The notes under the pieces were generated by a model, which worked only from the letters and a program-made list of their open reading frames with translations, made no database searches and had not been told where the DNA came from. Shown one piece after another: positions 40,519-52,527 of a stretch of 64,000 bases of DNA; the first letter of the stretch is position 1, and each line of letters starts with the position of its first letter. Source of the DNA: Eledone cirrhosa. Lineage: Eukaryota. The stretch lies in the NCBI GenBank assembly GCA_964016885.1, contig OZ024744.1:95356001-95420000 (forward strand). The letters run 5' to 3'. The position numbers and the translations under genes are program-made.

Positions 40519-40750
40519 TATATATATGTATTTTCTATTTCAAAAAATGCTTCTTTTTTTTTTAAGAAAAAAAAAACAACTGAATTTGTATTAAACTAAA
40601 CTCACATTTTTACTTCTATTTTTTTTTTCCCTTAAAAAAATTGCAAATTACCATGAATTCTAATTAATACAATTAATTACAAAACAAACTAAATCTATAA
40701 TATTAATTAAAGATATAATTTCTGGTAAAACATATAAGCATTAAAAATGA

Positions 40751-40808
<58 letters not shown>

Positions 40809-41112
40809 TCAGGCTGTATATTGCTACCACTGAATTACAGTGAGGAAAAAAAAATGTAATAAAGATTAAAAAAAGAATTATTTGTAAATACGTACATTCA
40901 TTCCTTTCAGATCATCGAATTTACCAGGAAAAATTATTTTCTCCCGAAATATATTGATTAAAGTTTCATTCTTTGTATTTAAAACGACCTCATTGCTCTA
41001 TAAGTAAATAATATAATATATATTGATTTGAATTTTTTTTTTTTTGTTTTGTTTGATATAGATTATTATCCAAAGCAAAATATTTAAATGTACTCTCACA
41101 CAGTTATATATA

Positions 41113-41173
<61 letters not shown>

Positions 41174-41174
41174 T

Positions 41175-41308
41175 GGAAAAGAGTCAGGACCCCGACAGCT
41201 GAGCTCTGGCTGTTTTGACAGCTAGATCCAAATGCTAGATCCAAACTAGATTCGGATCTAGCTGTCGAAACAGCCGGAGCTCAGCTGTCGGGGTCCTGAC
41301 TCTTTTCC
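41175..41308. repeat. 59-bp-arm palindrome in (TA)n containing the 3' half of a hammerhead motif
   Basis: Arms 41175-41233 and 41250-41308. The right arm reads CTGTC-GAAA-CAGC...GCTG-TC, with stem III ACAGC/GCTGT and a GUC site. Confidence 0.8.
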
Positions 41309-41679
41309 TATTACCCACTCTACTACTCTAAGTATCGAGTACTCTGGTGCGTTATGGTCCACCTGGTTTCTTACCACTCTTACTCTTTCTTTGTTATATA
41401 TATATATGTGTGTGTATATATATATATATATGTGTGTGAGTGTGTGTGTGTATGTATATATATATATATATATATATAGTATTAAGGATACTATTTATAG
41501 TTATGTATATACTAAAACTTTTTATAGTTATATATATTTTAAACCCTAAACAGTGAAAGACAGTAATTTATTACTACCTTATTACCAGTAAGATAAATAG
41601 CTCAATGTAATAACATCAGTTGTTCTACAGAGCAGTTATATAGAATTCACAGGAATCAAAGTTCTGTTCAAAGCATTTA

Positions 41680-41731
41680 TTAGCTTACAATTGTTTCATC
41701 CAAACCGAGGCTTGGAGTCTTCGGAGCAATT
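41680..41731 (-). ncRNA. Degenerate minimal hammerhead motif
   Basis: Minus strand: TTGCT-CCGAAGA-CTCCAA...TTGGAT-GAAA-CAATTG-TA-AGCTAA. Palindromic stem III and a GUA site; one core substitution (CUGAAGA to CCGAAGA). Confidence 0.45.
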
Positions 41732-41947
41732 TTTCAATGATTGTTTACATATATATATATATATATGAATATATGTACGAATAAAATTTGTTTGTGTAGA
41801 TAAGTGTACAAACAAAAACAAAACAAGTTAGATTGCTTACCAAAGTATTTTTCTCAACATGGTCCTTGTAGGTTACAGTAACAGTCCAATAAGAGGGGTC
41901 AGAGTATAGTATCGAGGTGGAAGATCATGGAGTAATAATGTTTTCAA

Positions 41948-42140
41948 ATGTATAGGAAAAACAAACACTAAGCGTGAAGTATAGAAAAGAAGGGAAGAAT
42001 TTTATCAAAAGTTCATTCTTTCACACATGTTTCAATACAATATTATACTATATGTATTAATACTATATGTATTAAAGAATGAACTTTTGATAAAATTCTT
42101 CCTTTCTTTTCATGCCTAGTGTTTGTTTTTCCTATACATT
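41948..42140. repeat. Inverted repeat (~70-bp arms) abutting (TA)n
   Basis: AATGTATAGGAAAAACAAACACTA...ATCAAAAGTTCATTCTTT / AAAGAATGAACTTTTGAT...TAGTGTTTGTTTTTCCTATACATT. The spacer contains a tandem TACTATATGTATTAA duplication. Confidence 0.85.
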
Positions 42141-42384
42141 TATATATATATAATATGCCATGTAGGTAACACGGTAAAAACCTCCCAGTTCCACACTGTA
42201 AACGTGGTTGGTGTTAGGAAGGGCATCCAACCGTAGAAAACCCGCCAGACAGTCCTATGCGAGCAAAACAACCACTCTTGCTTCAAGTGGGAAAACTCCT
42301 GTCCAAACCCATGCAAGCGTGGAATATGGATGTTAAACGACGATGATGATGATGATGATGATGATATCATTTCATTTTTTTTCA

Positions 42385-42715
42385 TTTCATTTTACGTCCG
42401 CTTTTTCCCTGCTTGCAAGGGTGGGACGGGAACTGATTCTGGCTTGATTTCTACAGCTGGATGCCCTTCCTAACACCAACCTCATTTACAGTGAGTGCTG
42501 GGTGCTTTTTTTACCGTGGCGCCTACACGACCACTTTGCAGTGGAATGATAGGGACCCCGGTCCCTATTATCTCATTTCTACAGCTGAGTAAACTGGAGC
42601 AATGTGAAATAAAGTGTCTTGCTCAAGGAAACAACACATCACCCAGTCTGAGAATTGGACTCACAACCTTTTGATTGCAAGACCAATGCTCTAACCACTA
42701 AGCCATGTGCCTCCA
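42385..42715 (-). mobile_element. Full-length young tRNA/CORE-like SINE with RTE-type tail
   Basis: Near-identical reverse complement of 59534-59863. A-box-like TGGCTTAGTGG, CORE-like CCTTGAGCAAGACACTTTATTTCAC, tail CTTGCAAGCAGGGAAAAAGCGGACGTAAAATG. Confidence 0.85.
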
Positions 42716-43174
42716 TATACATATACATATATATATATATATACATATGTGTATGTATATAGTTATTTATATATGCATATGCGCATGTGTAGTTGTGGTT
42801 GATTGAACATGTGTGTGGAAATAAGTATGAAGAAAGATTACATAACACACCTCAGATCATATAAATTATTTATATATAAGAATATATTGTTGTAACCACA
42901 ATATTGGAGCTATAATTAATACCCTGGTGTTGATGAGAGCCAATTGTGTTGCAATCATGATACTTCAGATTTTTAAACCTCCATGTTGCCTCTTGAAGTT
43001 ATAACCAAAAATCATTTCAGGGCTTGGCTAGAATTATTTTCTTACAAAAATAATGATTGCTCTATAATAATTATATACTTAATGAGTATACTTTGTGCTG
43101 TGTTACAAAATTTCCCACAATCACTTGTTCACCAATACACCAACCACTAAGGAAGGGTTATTCTGAGTATATGG

Positions 43175-43235
43175 ACAGTTAACTGATGAGACCTTGCCAG
43201 GTTGAAAATAAGATCCCTCTATTTGTTAAACCTGT
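43175..43235 (+). ncRNA. Hammerhead-like motif with intact core but non-canonical cleavage site
   Basis: ACAGTTAA-CTGATGA-GACCT-TGCC-AGGTT-GAAA-ATAAGA-TCCC-TCTATTTG-TTAAACCTGT. Stems I, II and III can form; the site reads UUG. Confidence 0.5.
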
Positions 43236-43584
43236 ATATTCTCTATCGTATTAGAAACACTTTCTTATATTTAATTAATTCATCATGTATATAGATCTAC
43301 AAAGTTTATATATATATGTGTGTGTTTGTATATATGTTTGTGTGTGTATATATATATATATATGTGTGTGTGTGTTGTTTGTATATATGTAAGTTTATAT
43401 ATATTCATCTTAACTTACAATTCCCTTCAAAATAATTACAACATTGTGTTATGAGTGTAAATTAAAAACTGTGACGCTTAATATTAAGACACAACTGCGT
43501 AGAATTACAAAGAAAACCATATTAATTGATAGTTATAAATTATAAGTCTTTAAAAGCCACATTATCGCATCTTTTGAGTATTAT

Positions 43585-44014
43585 ACACATTATCAAGGTT
43601 ACCTTCAGAAATGGACATGTCAAATTTTATATATATTAACTTTTAACACATTATCGAGGTTACCTTTGTAAATAGACATGTCAAATTTTATATATATTAA
43701 CTTTTAACACATTATCGAGGTTACCTTTGGAAATAGACATGTCAAATTTTATATATATTAACTTTTAACAAATTATCGAGGTTACCTTCAGAAATAGACA
43801 TGTCAAATTTTATATATATTAACTTTTAACAAATTATCGAGGTTACCTTTGGAAATAGACATGTCAAATTTTATATATATTAACTTTTAACAAAGTATCG
43901 AGGTTACCTTTGGAAATAGACATGTCAAATTTTATATATATTAACTTTTAACAAAGTATCGAGGTTACCTTTGGAAATAGACATGTCAAATTTTATATAT
44001 ATTAACTTTTAACA
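43585..44014. repeat. 61-bp tandem repeat (~7 units)
   Basis: Unit ACACATTATCGAGGTTACCTTTGGAAATAGACATGTCAAATTTTATATATATTAACTTTTA. Confidence 0.92.
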
Positions 44015-44382
44015 TCTTGAAAAGTACAAAACAGTACTATGACTGCATCACATTAACAAGATAAGACATTCTTGAAAAGTACAAAACAACACTATTACTG
44101 TATCACATTGAATATTAAAGTTTTTACTCTAATACTGCAAATCTTCACAACAATCTGTCCACCAGTAAAGAATCTATAAACATTTGAATTAACAAACTAC
44201 ATAAAACCAAATTAACAAGACATTTTTTTAAAGTAAAAAAAAACAGCACTATTACTTCATTGCATTAAAGATTATCATCTTTATTTTGGTTTACTGCAGA
44301 TTTTCACTATGATTTGTCCACCAGTAAAGATACTATAAACATTTGAATTAACATACCACATGAAACCACATTAGCTAGACAT
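44015..44382 (+). mobile_element. Dispersed element homologous to the 85-bp satellite unit and to 16974-17300
   Basis: TTGAAAAGTACAAAACAGTACTATGACTGCATCACATTAA...TCTGTCCACCAGTAAAG...ACCACATGAAACCACATTAG. Confidence 0.6.
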
Positions 44383-44972
44383 ATACTGATACATACATAC
44401 ATTCATACATACATACATACACACATACATTCATACATACATGGTGATGATGATGGCTGCCCCCTCGTTATCGAGTATGGCCATTACACGATATACCATT
44501 ATTAATAATTATTAATTAATTCTATCGTGCAATGCCTGTACGTGAAGATTGTTTTTAAAGTGAGGAAATACTGTGCACTGAGCCAATCACATTCTCTGAG
44601 CGACAGTAGCTATAACCCGAAAAGAAGAAAAGATCAACATCATACATACATACATGCAAATATAGATACATACACACATACATATATAAATACAAACATA
44701 TACACACACACATATACATATATAAATATATATATAAATACATACATATATTTGAAATCATTATATATATATATATATATATACACATGTGTGTGTATGT
44801 ATGTATGTATATGTGTGTGTATGTATGTATATGTTAAATTATTTACATTTGTTTGAAGGTGAAAAAAACAATGCTATGTTGATGAGACCAAAATATGAAT
44901 CCATAGCAGTTCTCTCAGATTGTCCTTTTTTGGTTTGGTTTGGTTTTGATGTTGTTTTTTTTTTGTTTTGTT

Positions 44973-45004
<32 letters not shown>

Positions 45005-45190
45005 GGGGGTTAAGTATGTTAATACAATCATGATTTTTTTCTTAATTTCCGGAAATTATCTCCCTCATTTGGGGTTGATAATTTTCAACCACTAGGTTTT
45101 TGTTTACCTTCTCTGCATTCAGTAAAACTCCCTACCATGTTGTCTTTGTTATTTATATGCATATATATATATATATATACATATACATAC

Positions 45191-45292
<102 letters not shown>

Positions 45293-45385
45293 ATATATAT
45301 ATCTATAATATGTGTGTATTATATATGTATGTACATACATATGTCTATATATATATATATGTATACATATGTATGCATATGTGTG

Positions 45386-45489
<104 letters not shown>

Positions 45490-45854
45490 TATATTTGTGT
45501 ATGTGTATGTGTAATTTTACAATGCTTGAATAAATTCAGGCAATTATTCTTATTTAATGATGGAATTTCCATAATATTCTGAGATTCTGAGATTTTGTTA
45601 GCCTGGTTTTCACCCTAGATTTTTTTACTTTACTCTGTATTTAACATGATTCCTAAAGAGGAACCAAGAATTGTGACCAGCAGATAATTTCAGCAATTTA
45701 GAAAGACCAATCAAAACATTGTTTCCTTGGTCTAATCTGATAATCAGCTTCTTTTCTTTTCCTTTTTTCCTCCTTTAAGAACCCCCCCCCCCCAAAAAAA
45801 TGCCTCTATTTTTAAATATGATAGAATATATTATTCAAAGGTTATTAAAAATGT

Positions 45855-46080
45855 TTAACCCTTTACCATTTACATTACTCTATGTATACTATTATATTTT
45901 TGTGGTAAAGGCTTTATCTTACATAATTATCTCACATAATATCGAATCTACGAGATTTTGATATTTATTTTGAGAACAATACCTTAACATTGGTATGAGT
46001 GGTCAGTTATAGTTGGTTTGAACAGAAAGAGGTAAAAGAATTCTGGCCGGATAAGGCCGGTTTATATGTTAAAAGGTTAA
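45855..46080 (-). mobile_element. piggyBac-type MITE family A
   Basis: TTAA|CCCTTTACCATTTACATT...AAAAGG|TTAA. Confidence 0.72.
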
Positions 46081-46784
46081 ACATGATAGAATATATTATT
46101 CCAAGGTTTATTAAAAATGTTTAAATACATATACCTCATATATGTAATGATAATGTAAGTATATTTTGTTTTTATTTCCAAGAAAAATTATAAATTTGAA
46201 ATTTTAAAACTGTGGAAAAAAAATTAAAGTTGTGGAAAAAATAGGAATATTTTTCATCTTAATTGATTTTGTTTTTTTTAACTTTTTGTGGGCTGGGGTA
46301 ATATGAAACACACCTGTGATTATGTTATGTTTTAATATTCTTTTATATATTCCTTCCATCTTCCCACCTTCATGTTTTATTTATAATCTTTAAACATCAC
46401 ACACTAATATATACAAACACACAGTCACATTGCACAACACAAACACACTTGAGTGTACAAACACAGACATTCAAGCATACACTTGTGAACACTAACATGT
46501 GAATACACATACACAAACACTCACGCAAACATATATATATAAACACACATATGCAAACTAATACATACACCCACATAATACATACATACATACATTAGAA
46601 TGCTCATGTGTTACAAACTATATTATTATTAAAAACAAAATTTGTTTTTGCTCTAACATGGTGGATACCTAAATGTATTTGTGAGTGGATAATAATAATA
46701 TAATATAATTATTCTTCACTCTTGAATATGTATATTATCATTATTTTTCACAAAATAAAGAAACCATTATTTTTCACACAATAA

Positions 46785-47193
46785 GGCGGTGAATTGGCAG
46801 AATTGTTAACCCATCAGACTAAGTACTTTGCAGTATTTCTGTACATTCTGAGTTCAAATCCTGCCAAGGCCAACTTTGCTTTTCATCCTCACTGGGGGCC
46901 GATAAAATAAAAAATAGTAGTCCAGTACCTCAGTTGATTTAACTAATTTTCCTCTCGCCCCCACTCACAAAATTTCTGACCTTGTGTCTATGTTGGAAAC
47001 ATTATTTGTCACAGAATATCAACCCCTTTAAAATTTCACTGTTTTCTTTTTTCTTTGAGTTTTGTGGAAAAAAAAAAAGAAATGAAATTGAACATTAATT
47101 AAAACAATCAAACAAAATGAAGTGAATCCTATTTTCAATAGTGTTATTATTTTTTTTTTTCAAATTGAAAATATATTTATAAGGCTGTAGTAA

Positions 47194-47247
<54 letters not shown>

Positions 47248-48552
47248 AGTCTGAGTTCAAATCCCACCAAGGTTAACTTTGCCTTTCATCCTTACGGGGT
47301 CGATAAAATAAAGTACCAGTAATGTACTGGGTAATTGCTGGCCTTGTGCCTAAAGTAGAAATAATAATAATTATTATTATTATTACTAACAGAAAAACCA
47401 CTCTTCGGGTGGTTTTCTGCTAACATGTGTAGTGTGTATATTGATATTATACACAGGTATAATATATACAGGTAGATATGATACATCAAATAAAATCGTA
47501 ATTGACAATATAAACAAATTGAACGAAGATGTTGTTACACTGTCTTATGTAATCAGTAACGTAATCCATGATACATTAAAAAAGACGATATTATATATAA
47601 ACTGCATTAGGAGAAAATTAGTGACAGAAATTCAGTATGTTTATTTAAGTGATTGCCACCGGAAGTGTTGACATCACACACTCTCTCTTTCCATATATAT
47701 GGTAGTTGAAGTGGTGGTGGTGGTGGCAACGATATAGCGGAAGTGCAACTTTGAAAAGAAGTCAATTTTAAATTATTTATTTTTACGAAATTTAGTAGAT
47801 AAATTATGTAATATTCATTCATTATTTATTCAAAGAGCGGTAGATTGGCAGTATCGGTAGAGGGTCGGACATGCTTTCCAGCATAGTTACGTCCCTTTAC
47901 AATCTGAGTTCAAATCCCGCCGAGGTTAACTTTGCCTTTCATCCTTATGGGGTCGATAAAATAAAGTACCAGTAATGTACTGGGTAATTGTTGGCCTTGT
48001 GCCAAAAGTAGAAACAATTATTTATTCAAAGTAATCCAACTTATTTTACTAACAGGATAAAAAAAAATAAACCGTACGCAGTCCCGAAGACCTTCCTTTA
48101 TTATATTTTAGATTGTTCTTTGAGTCTCAGTCATTGATGTTATTTAACTGGAAAGTTTGCTTAAATGAATATCAAGCCCTACCTGCAGCCTCAGACATTC
48201 AGGACGTATTGGAGGGTTCTTGCTGTTCCCAGCAAGCATGCTTTTTGAAGTGTTCCAAAAAACGGAGCTGGACTAATCTTCTTTATTATTATTATTAATA
48301 TTATTAGTATTCCCATCCCTCAAAAATTGCTGGCCTTATGCCTAAAGTAGAAACAATCATTATTATTATTATTGGGTTGGCAGTATCAGTAGAGCGTCAG
48401 ACACCATGCTTTGCAGCATGGAGTTATGTCCCTTTGCGTTCTGAGTTCAAATCCCACCGAAGTTAACTTTGCCTTTCATCTTTAAGGGGTCGATAAAATA
48501 AAGTACCAGTAATGTACTGGGTAATTGCAGCCCTTGTGCCTAAAAGTAGAAA
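46785..48552 (+). mobile_element. Cluster of Deu/Nin-like SINEs (~46785, 47250, 47835, 48375) separated by (TTA)n
   Basis: Repeated GAGTTCAAATCCC..AGGTTAACTTTGCCTTTCATCC..GGGGTCGATAAAATAAAGTACCAGT. Confidence 0.75.
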
Positions 48553-48589
48553 CAATTATTATTATTATTATTACAGTTGCATTTATCTT

Positions 48590-48892
48590 GCTTTATGTTC
48601 ATACGAGTTATCACCAAGTCACAACCAGTGACCTCAAGAGACAACAAGCTCCGCCATGTTCAAGAAAGAACATACACACACACACATGTATCTTTAGGTG
48701 TTTAGACTTGTGATGTACTTATATTGACATAATCTTCCTTAGTATATGGGCAGTTCCCATTAGTACTATCTTTTGTATTTCTCCTATACGCGGGTTTCCT
48801 GGGATTTGCGATAAGTAATCATTAGCCCCCTTAGGTATCATTCCTAGAGCGCCTACAACCACTGGTATTGTTTTAGTTCTCAATTCCACATT
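48590..48892 (-). mobile_element. 3' fragment of an RLE-type (R4/Dong-like) non-LTR retrotransposon
   Basis: TKTIPVVVGALGMIPK...IQKIVLMGTAHILRKIMSI*, the C-terminus of restriction-like-endonuclease non-LTR ORFs; bounded by (TAA)n. Confidence 0.7.
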
Positions 48893-48911
48893 TTTTATTA
48901 TTATTATTATT

Positions 48912-49318
48912 GTTCTTTGTGTCTCAGTCATTGATGTTAGTTAACTGGAAAGTTTGTTGAAATGAATATCAAGCCACTACCTGCAACCTCAGATATTCAG
49001 GACGTATCGGAGGGTTCTTGCTGTTCCCAGCAAGCATACCTTTTGAAGTGTTCCAAAAAGCGGGGCGGGGCCAATTTTCTTTAACCATCCCTGGAAACTT
49101 TTTGAGATAGTACCTAGTGCGCCTATGACAATCGGGACCACTTTGACTTCATGGCAGTTCCAAATCCTTTTTACCGCCCACTTTAAGTCCTGGTATCGGT
49201 TAATTTTCTACCTCTCCTTCTATTGCACTCCCGTGTCGAATGGGCAGGCTACATCTACAATCAGGCACGATCTTTTTTCCTTGTCCAAAACCACCAGGTC
49301 AGGTCCATTGTGTTCCAG

Positions 49319-49319
<1 letters not shown>
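48912..49319 (-). mobile_element. 3' fragment of an RLE-type (R4/Dong-like) non-LTR retrotransposon; a shorter related copy lies at ~48113-48280
   Basis: Manual translation: LEHNGPDLVVLDKEKRSCLIVDVACPFD...KINRYQDL...VVPIVIGALGTI...LQKVCLLGTARTLRYVLNI*. PD..D..K nuclease signature with stops; (TAA)n on both sides. Confidence 0.75.
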
Positions 49320-49357
<38 letters not shown>

Positions 49358-49614
49358 GTTATCATCATCATTATTATTATTATTATTATTGGAATGGCAG
49401 TAATTGGTAGAGCGTCGGACAAAATGCTTAGCAGCATAGAGTTACAGCCCTTTATGTTCTGAGTTCAAATCCCGCCAAGGTTAGCTTTGCCTTTCTTCCT
49501 TATGGTGTCGATAAAATAAAGTACCAGTAATGCACCACAATCAATTCAATTGACTTTTGCACCACTCCCCCACCAAAAAAATTGTTGGCCTTGTGCCTAA
49601 ATCAGAAACCATTA

Positions 49615-51016
49615 CGTGACGTGGCAACAAAGCCACAATTCAAACCTTGCTTGACCAAAATGGGCGTATGTTACTCGAACCCAAGCAGATGTGTGAGGCT
49701 TTTCAGCAGCACTTTGCCCAACTGTTTGGAAGCAGCGGCGGGCCGGATCAGAGTATGAACTTCAGTGCATTCCTCGAGGGACTGCTACAGCTCTCGACAA
49801 CCGCAGCGCAGTATTGCGAAAAGCCGATAACAGCAGGTGAAATATGGGAATCGATGTCTGACTGCACGAGAGGTAATTCACTAGGTTTGGATGATGGTCT
49901 GCCCTACGCACTTTATGCCAGACTTGTTCAACGTCCTCTTGGTAGATGTCTACTACAACTGGCAGTAGAACGAGAGCATTCCCAGTTTTGTAAGCCAGGG
50001 AGCAGTGGCACTGCTGAGAAAAGACTCCTTGACAGAGCTGCAGTCCTGGATCAGGAAAAGACTGAGGGATAGCGCTTGGGAGCTGGAATGTCTCCAAGCG
50101 CTCACCGCCATCTACCAGCTGGGCACTGATATCGGTGGAACATCCACCTCAGCATTCTATAGAGGGCTATTGGAGGGGAAGAGCGATGACATTCTTGGGG
50201 AGACCCTGGGCATCAAAGACGATCAGCTGTTCGCTCTCTTCAAGAGAACTTTCAGCCCGGAGCCTATGAACAACTTGCAGAAATCCCTGGCCTAGCAGTG
50301 CTACCGGGGAGCATTGCCGGTTCAGGATAAGCTCTACAGGCACGGAGGTGCTGTCAGCCAAGCCTGTCCGAGATGCACGCAGGGCAATGAAACCATCCTG
50401 CACGTACTCGTTCAGTGCCTGAGAATTGCTGACTTGTGGGGCATATAGGATGGATCCAGTTATCGACTGAGTCCATTGTGAAGATAGCCCCACCATCCTC
50501 CTTTAAAGAGGATGAAGGGCAGGCAGTTTTCATTTGCCTGGTGGCCATGGCGAAAGAGATTGTGTGGTGGACAAGGTTGAAAGGATTGAAGACGAACACT
50601 TTCCTCTCTGGCCAATCCCTGATTAACTTTTTCAAGTTTCATTTGAAGAGGAAAATCAGGGTGGAGAGACAAGTGCTGTCTTCTAGTAAGTTTGTTGAAA
50701 GGTGGGTGAAAGTGGCGAGTCTGGTCCGAGTGAACGGGCCCGCTCTGAGTATGTGACTGTAGACTGAGGAGTGGAAAACTGAGAGAGGGCGCTTACCCTA
50801 TTGGCCAGGGTGGCCGTGGTCTTTTGTGTGGTTTTGGACACAAGTGACCCTTAGAAGTTTCCCCCTATTGGGGAATTGTTGTTGTTTGAATTTTTTTTAT
50901 ATTTCTATCTTCTTGTTATAACCTTTTTTACACGACCAAAACCCACTTTGTATTGTCCTGTACCGTTCTGTGCTGTCTGTAATGTTTTTCTTCATGTTAG
51001 CCCTTGTGGCCAATAA
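49615..51016 (+). mobile_element. 5'-truncated, internally deleted Tx1/L1-clade LINE with an 11-bp TSD
   Basis: Homologous to ORF2 of 54885-60070 (KQMCEAFQQHFAQLF; ELQSW; CPRC..NETILH; KEIVWWTR). AGAAACCATTA occurs at both 49604-49614 and 51017-51027. Confidence 0.85.
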
Positions 51017-51022
51017 AGAAAC

Positions 51023-51053
<31 letters not shown>

Positions 51054-51629
51054 GATATTATTGTTAATATTATTACTATTAATTTATATTGAAAAAAAGT
51101 ATATTAGTTTTCAAATTGTGTTATTAAGAGCAGAAAAATTATTGTTAAACAATAATAACCCAAGTCACTGTTTACAAATCAATATTATTGTAAACATATC
51201 AGATATATTGATATATTTGGTGATCACTGTTATTCAAATTAGAAAAGAAAAAAACAAAAGAAAAGAAAAAAAAGTATATTTAACACAGGTATCGGTTGAT
51301 TTTGTATTACGTGTTGTGAAAGTACTAAAATATATTTTCTGTTACTAACATTTAAAATTAGTACAACTCACAAATATGTAAAGTATCTTTTTGTTTTTTT
51401 GCGTGTGGCTGGTTTTATTACAATAAAAAATATATATAAATGAACAAATAAATATATATGAATGAATAAATAAATAAAAAAATAAATAAATGAGGACAAG
51501 CTACAAAGTTATTGAAGTAAGAAAAAATGTTGTTGAGTCGCACATATTAAAAACTACTCTTCTGAGTTAATTTTTATTTATTAATTTAATTTTTCACTTT
51601 TTTTTCTTCATTTTATTCGTTAAAGTGAA

Positions 51630-52050
51630 GGCGCATGCATGGCTTAGTGGTTAGAGCATTGGGTTTGCAATCAAAAGGTTGTGAGTTAGATTCTCAGACC
51701 GGGTGATGTGTTGTTTCCTTGAGCAAGACACTTTATTTCACGTTGCTCCAGTTTATTCAGCTGTAGAAATGAGTTACGATCCTGCCAAATCAATGGTTGG
51801 CAGTAGTTCCAGCTGCACGCATTGAAAGACTGGTGTAGTGGTTCTGAGAACAATGTGGCTTTGTAGATGACCAATGCAAATTGACAATGGAAAGGCGCTC
51901 CCGATTGAGTTAGAAGAGAACTATTGACCTTCAGGAGAAGCAGCGACCCCTGATTCAAATATGAAGTACACCAAATCCAATACTCCTAGGGGCAGCCCTG
52001 GTTCTTTTTATTTGCGAGTGTAGACTCAGCGAGATTAGATTAGATTAGAT
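51630..52050 (+). mobile_element. tRNA/CORE-like SINE with an alternative body and (TTAGA)n tail
   Basis: Head near-identical to 59534 up to GAAATGAG, then an unrelated body ending GATTAGATTAGATTAGAT. Confidence 0.7.
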
Positions 52051-52113
52051 TTATTTGTTGAGGGATTGGTTGTGGTGGGTGGGGGTGGGAAGGTACCTCT
52101 ACTGCTGGTGGCA

Positions 52114-52146
<33 letters not shown>

Positions 52147-52527
52147 TTGCTGTTGACGAAGATGATGGTGATGGTGGTGATGATGGTGCTGATAGTGATG
52201 GTGATGATGATGATTGTGACTGATGATGAGAGAAAGTTTCTCACAATTCTCTCAATACAAAATGAATACCAGGCACATAAAATATGATAAATACCAAATT
52301 ATATTTTTGTTTGTAATTTGTGAAATTTACATTTCCAACCTTTAAGCCTGCAAGATGGTTGAATAACATCCATGAGCTTGGCTGGTCTCTGTTGGGGATC
52401 CAGCTGGATCAGTTGGAGCCAGTTGCTTCTGACAGGACCCACTGGAAGAAGTGTTTGAGGACTCTGCCCCCACGACCCTCTCTGGAATAAGTGGGGGAAG
52501 AAGCAGAAAGAAGAGAAAGAAGCATAT

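Noticed and set aside
44983-45009. Poly-G run as a functional G-quadruplex
   Set aside because: A homopolymer with no supporting context; may be slippage or sequencing error.
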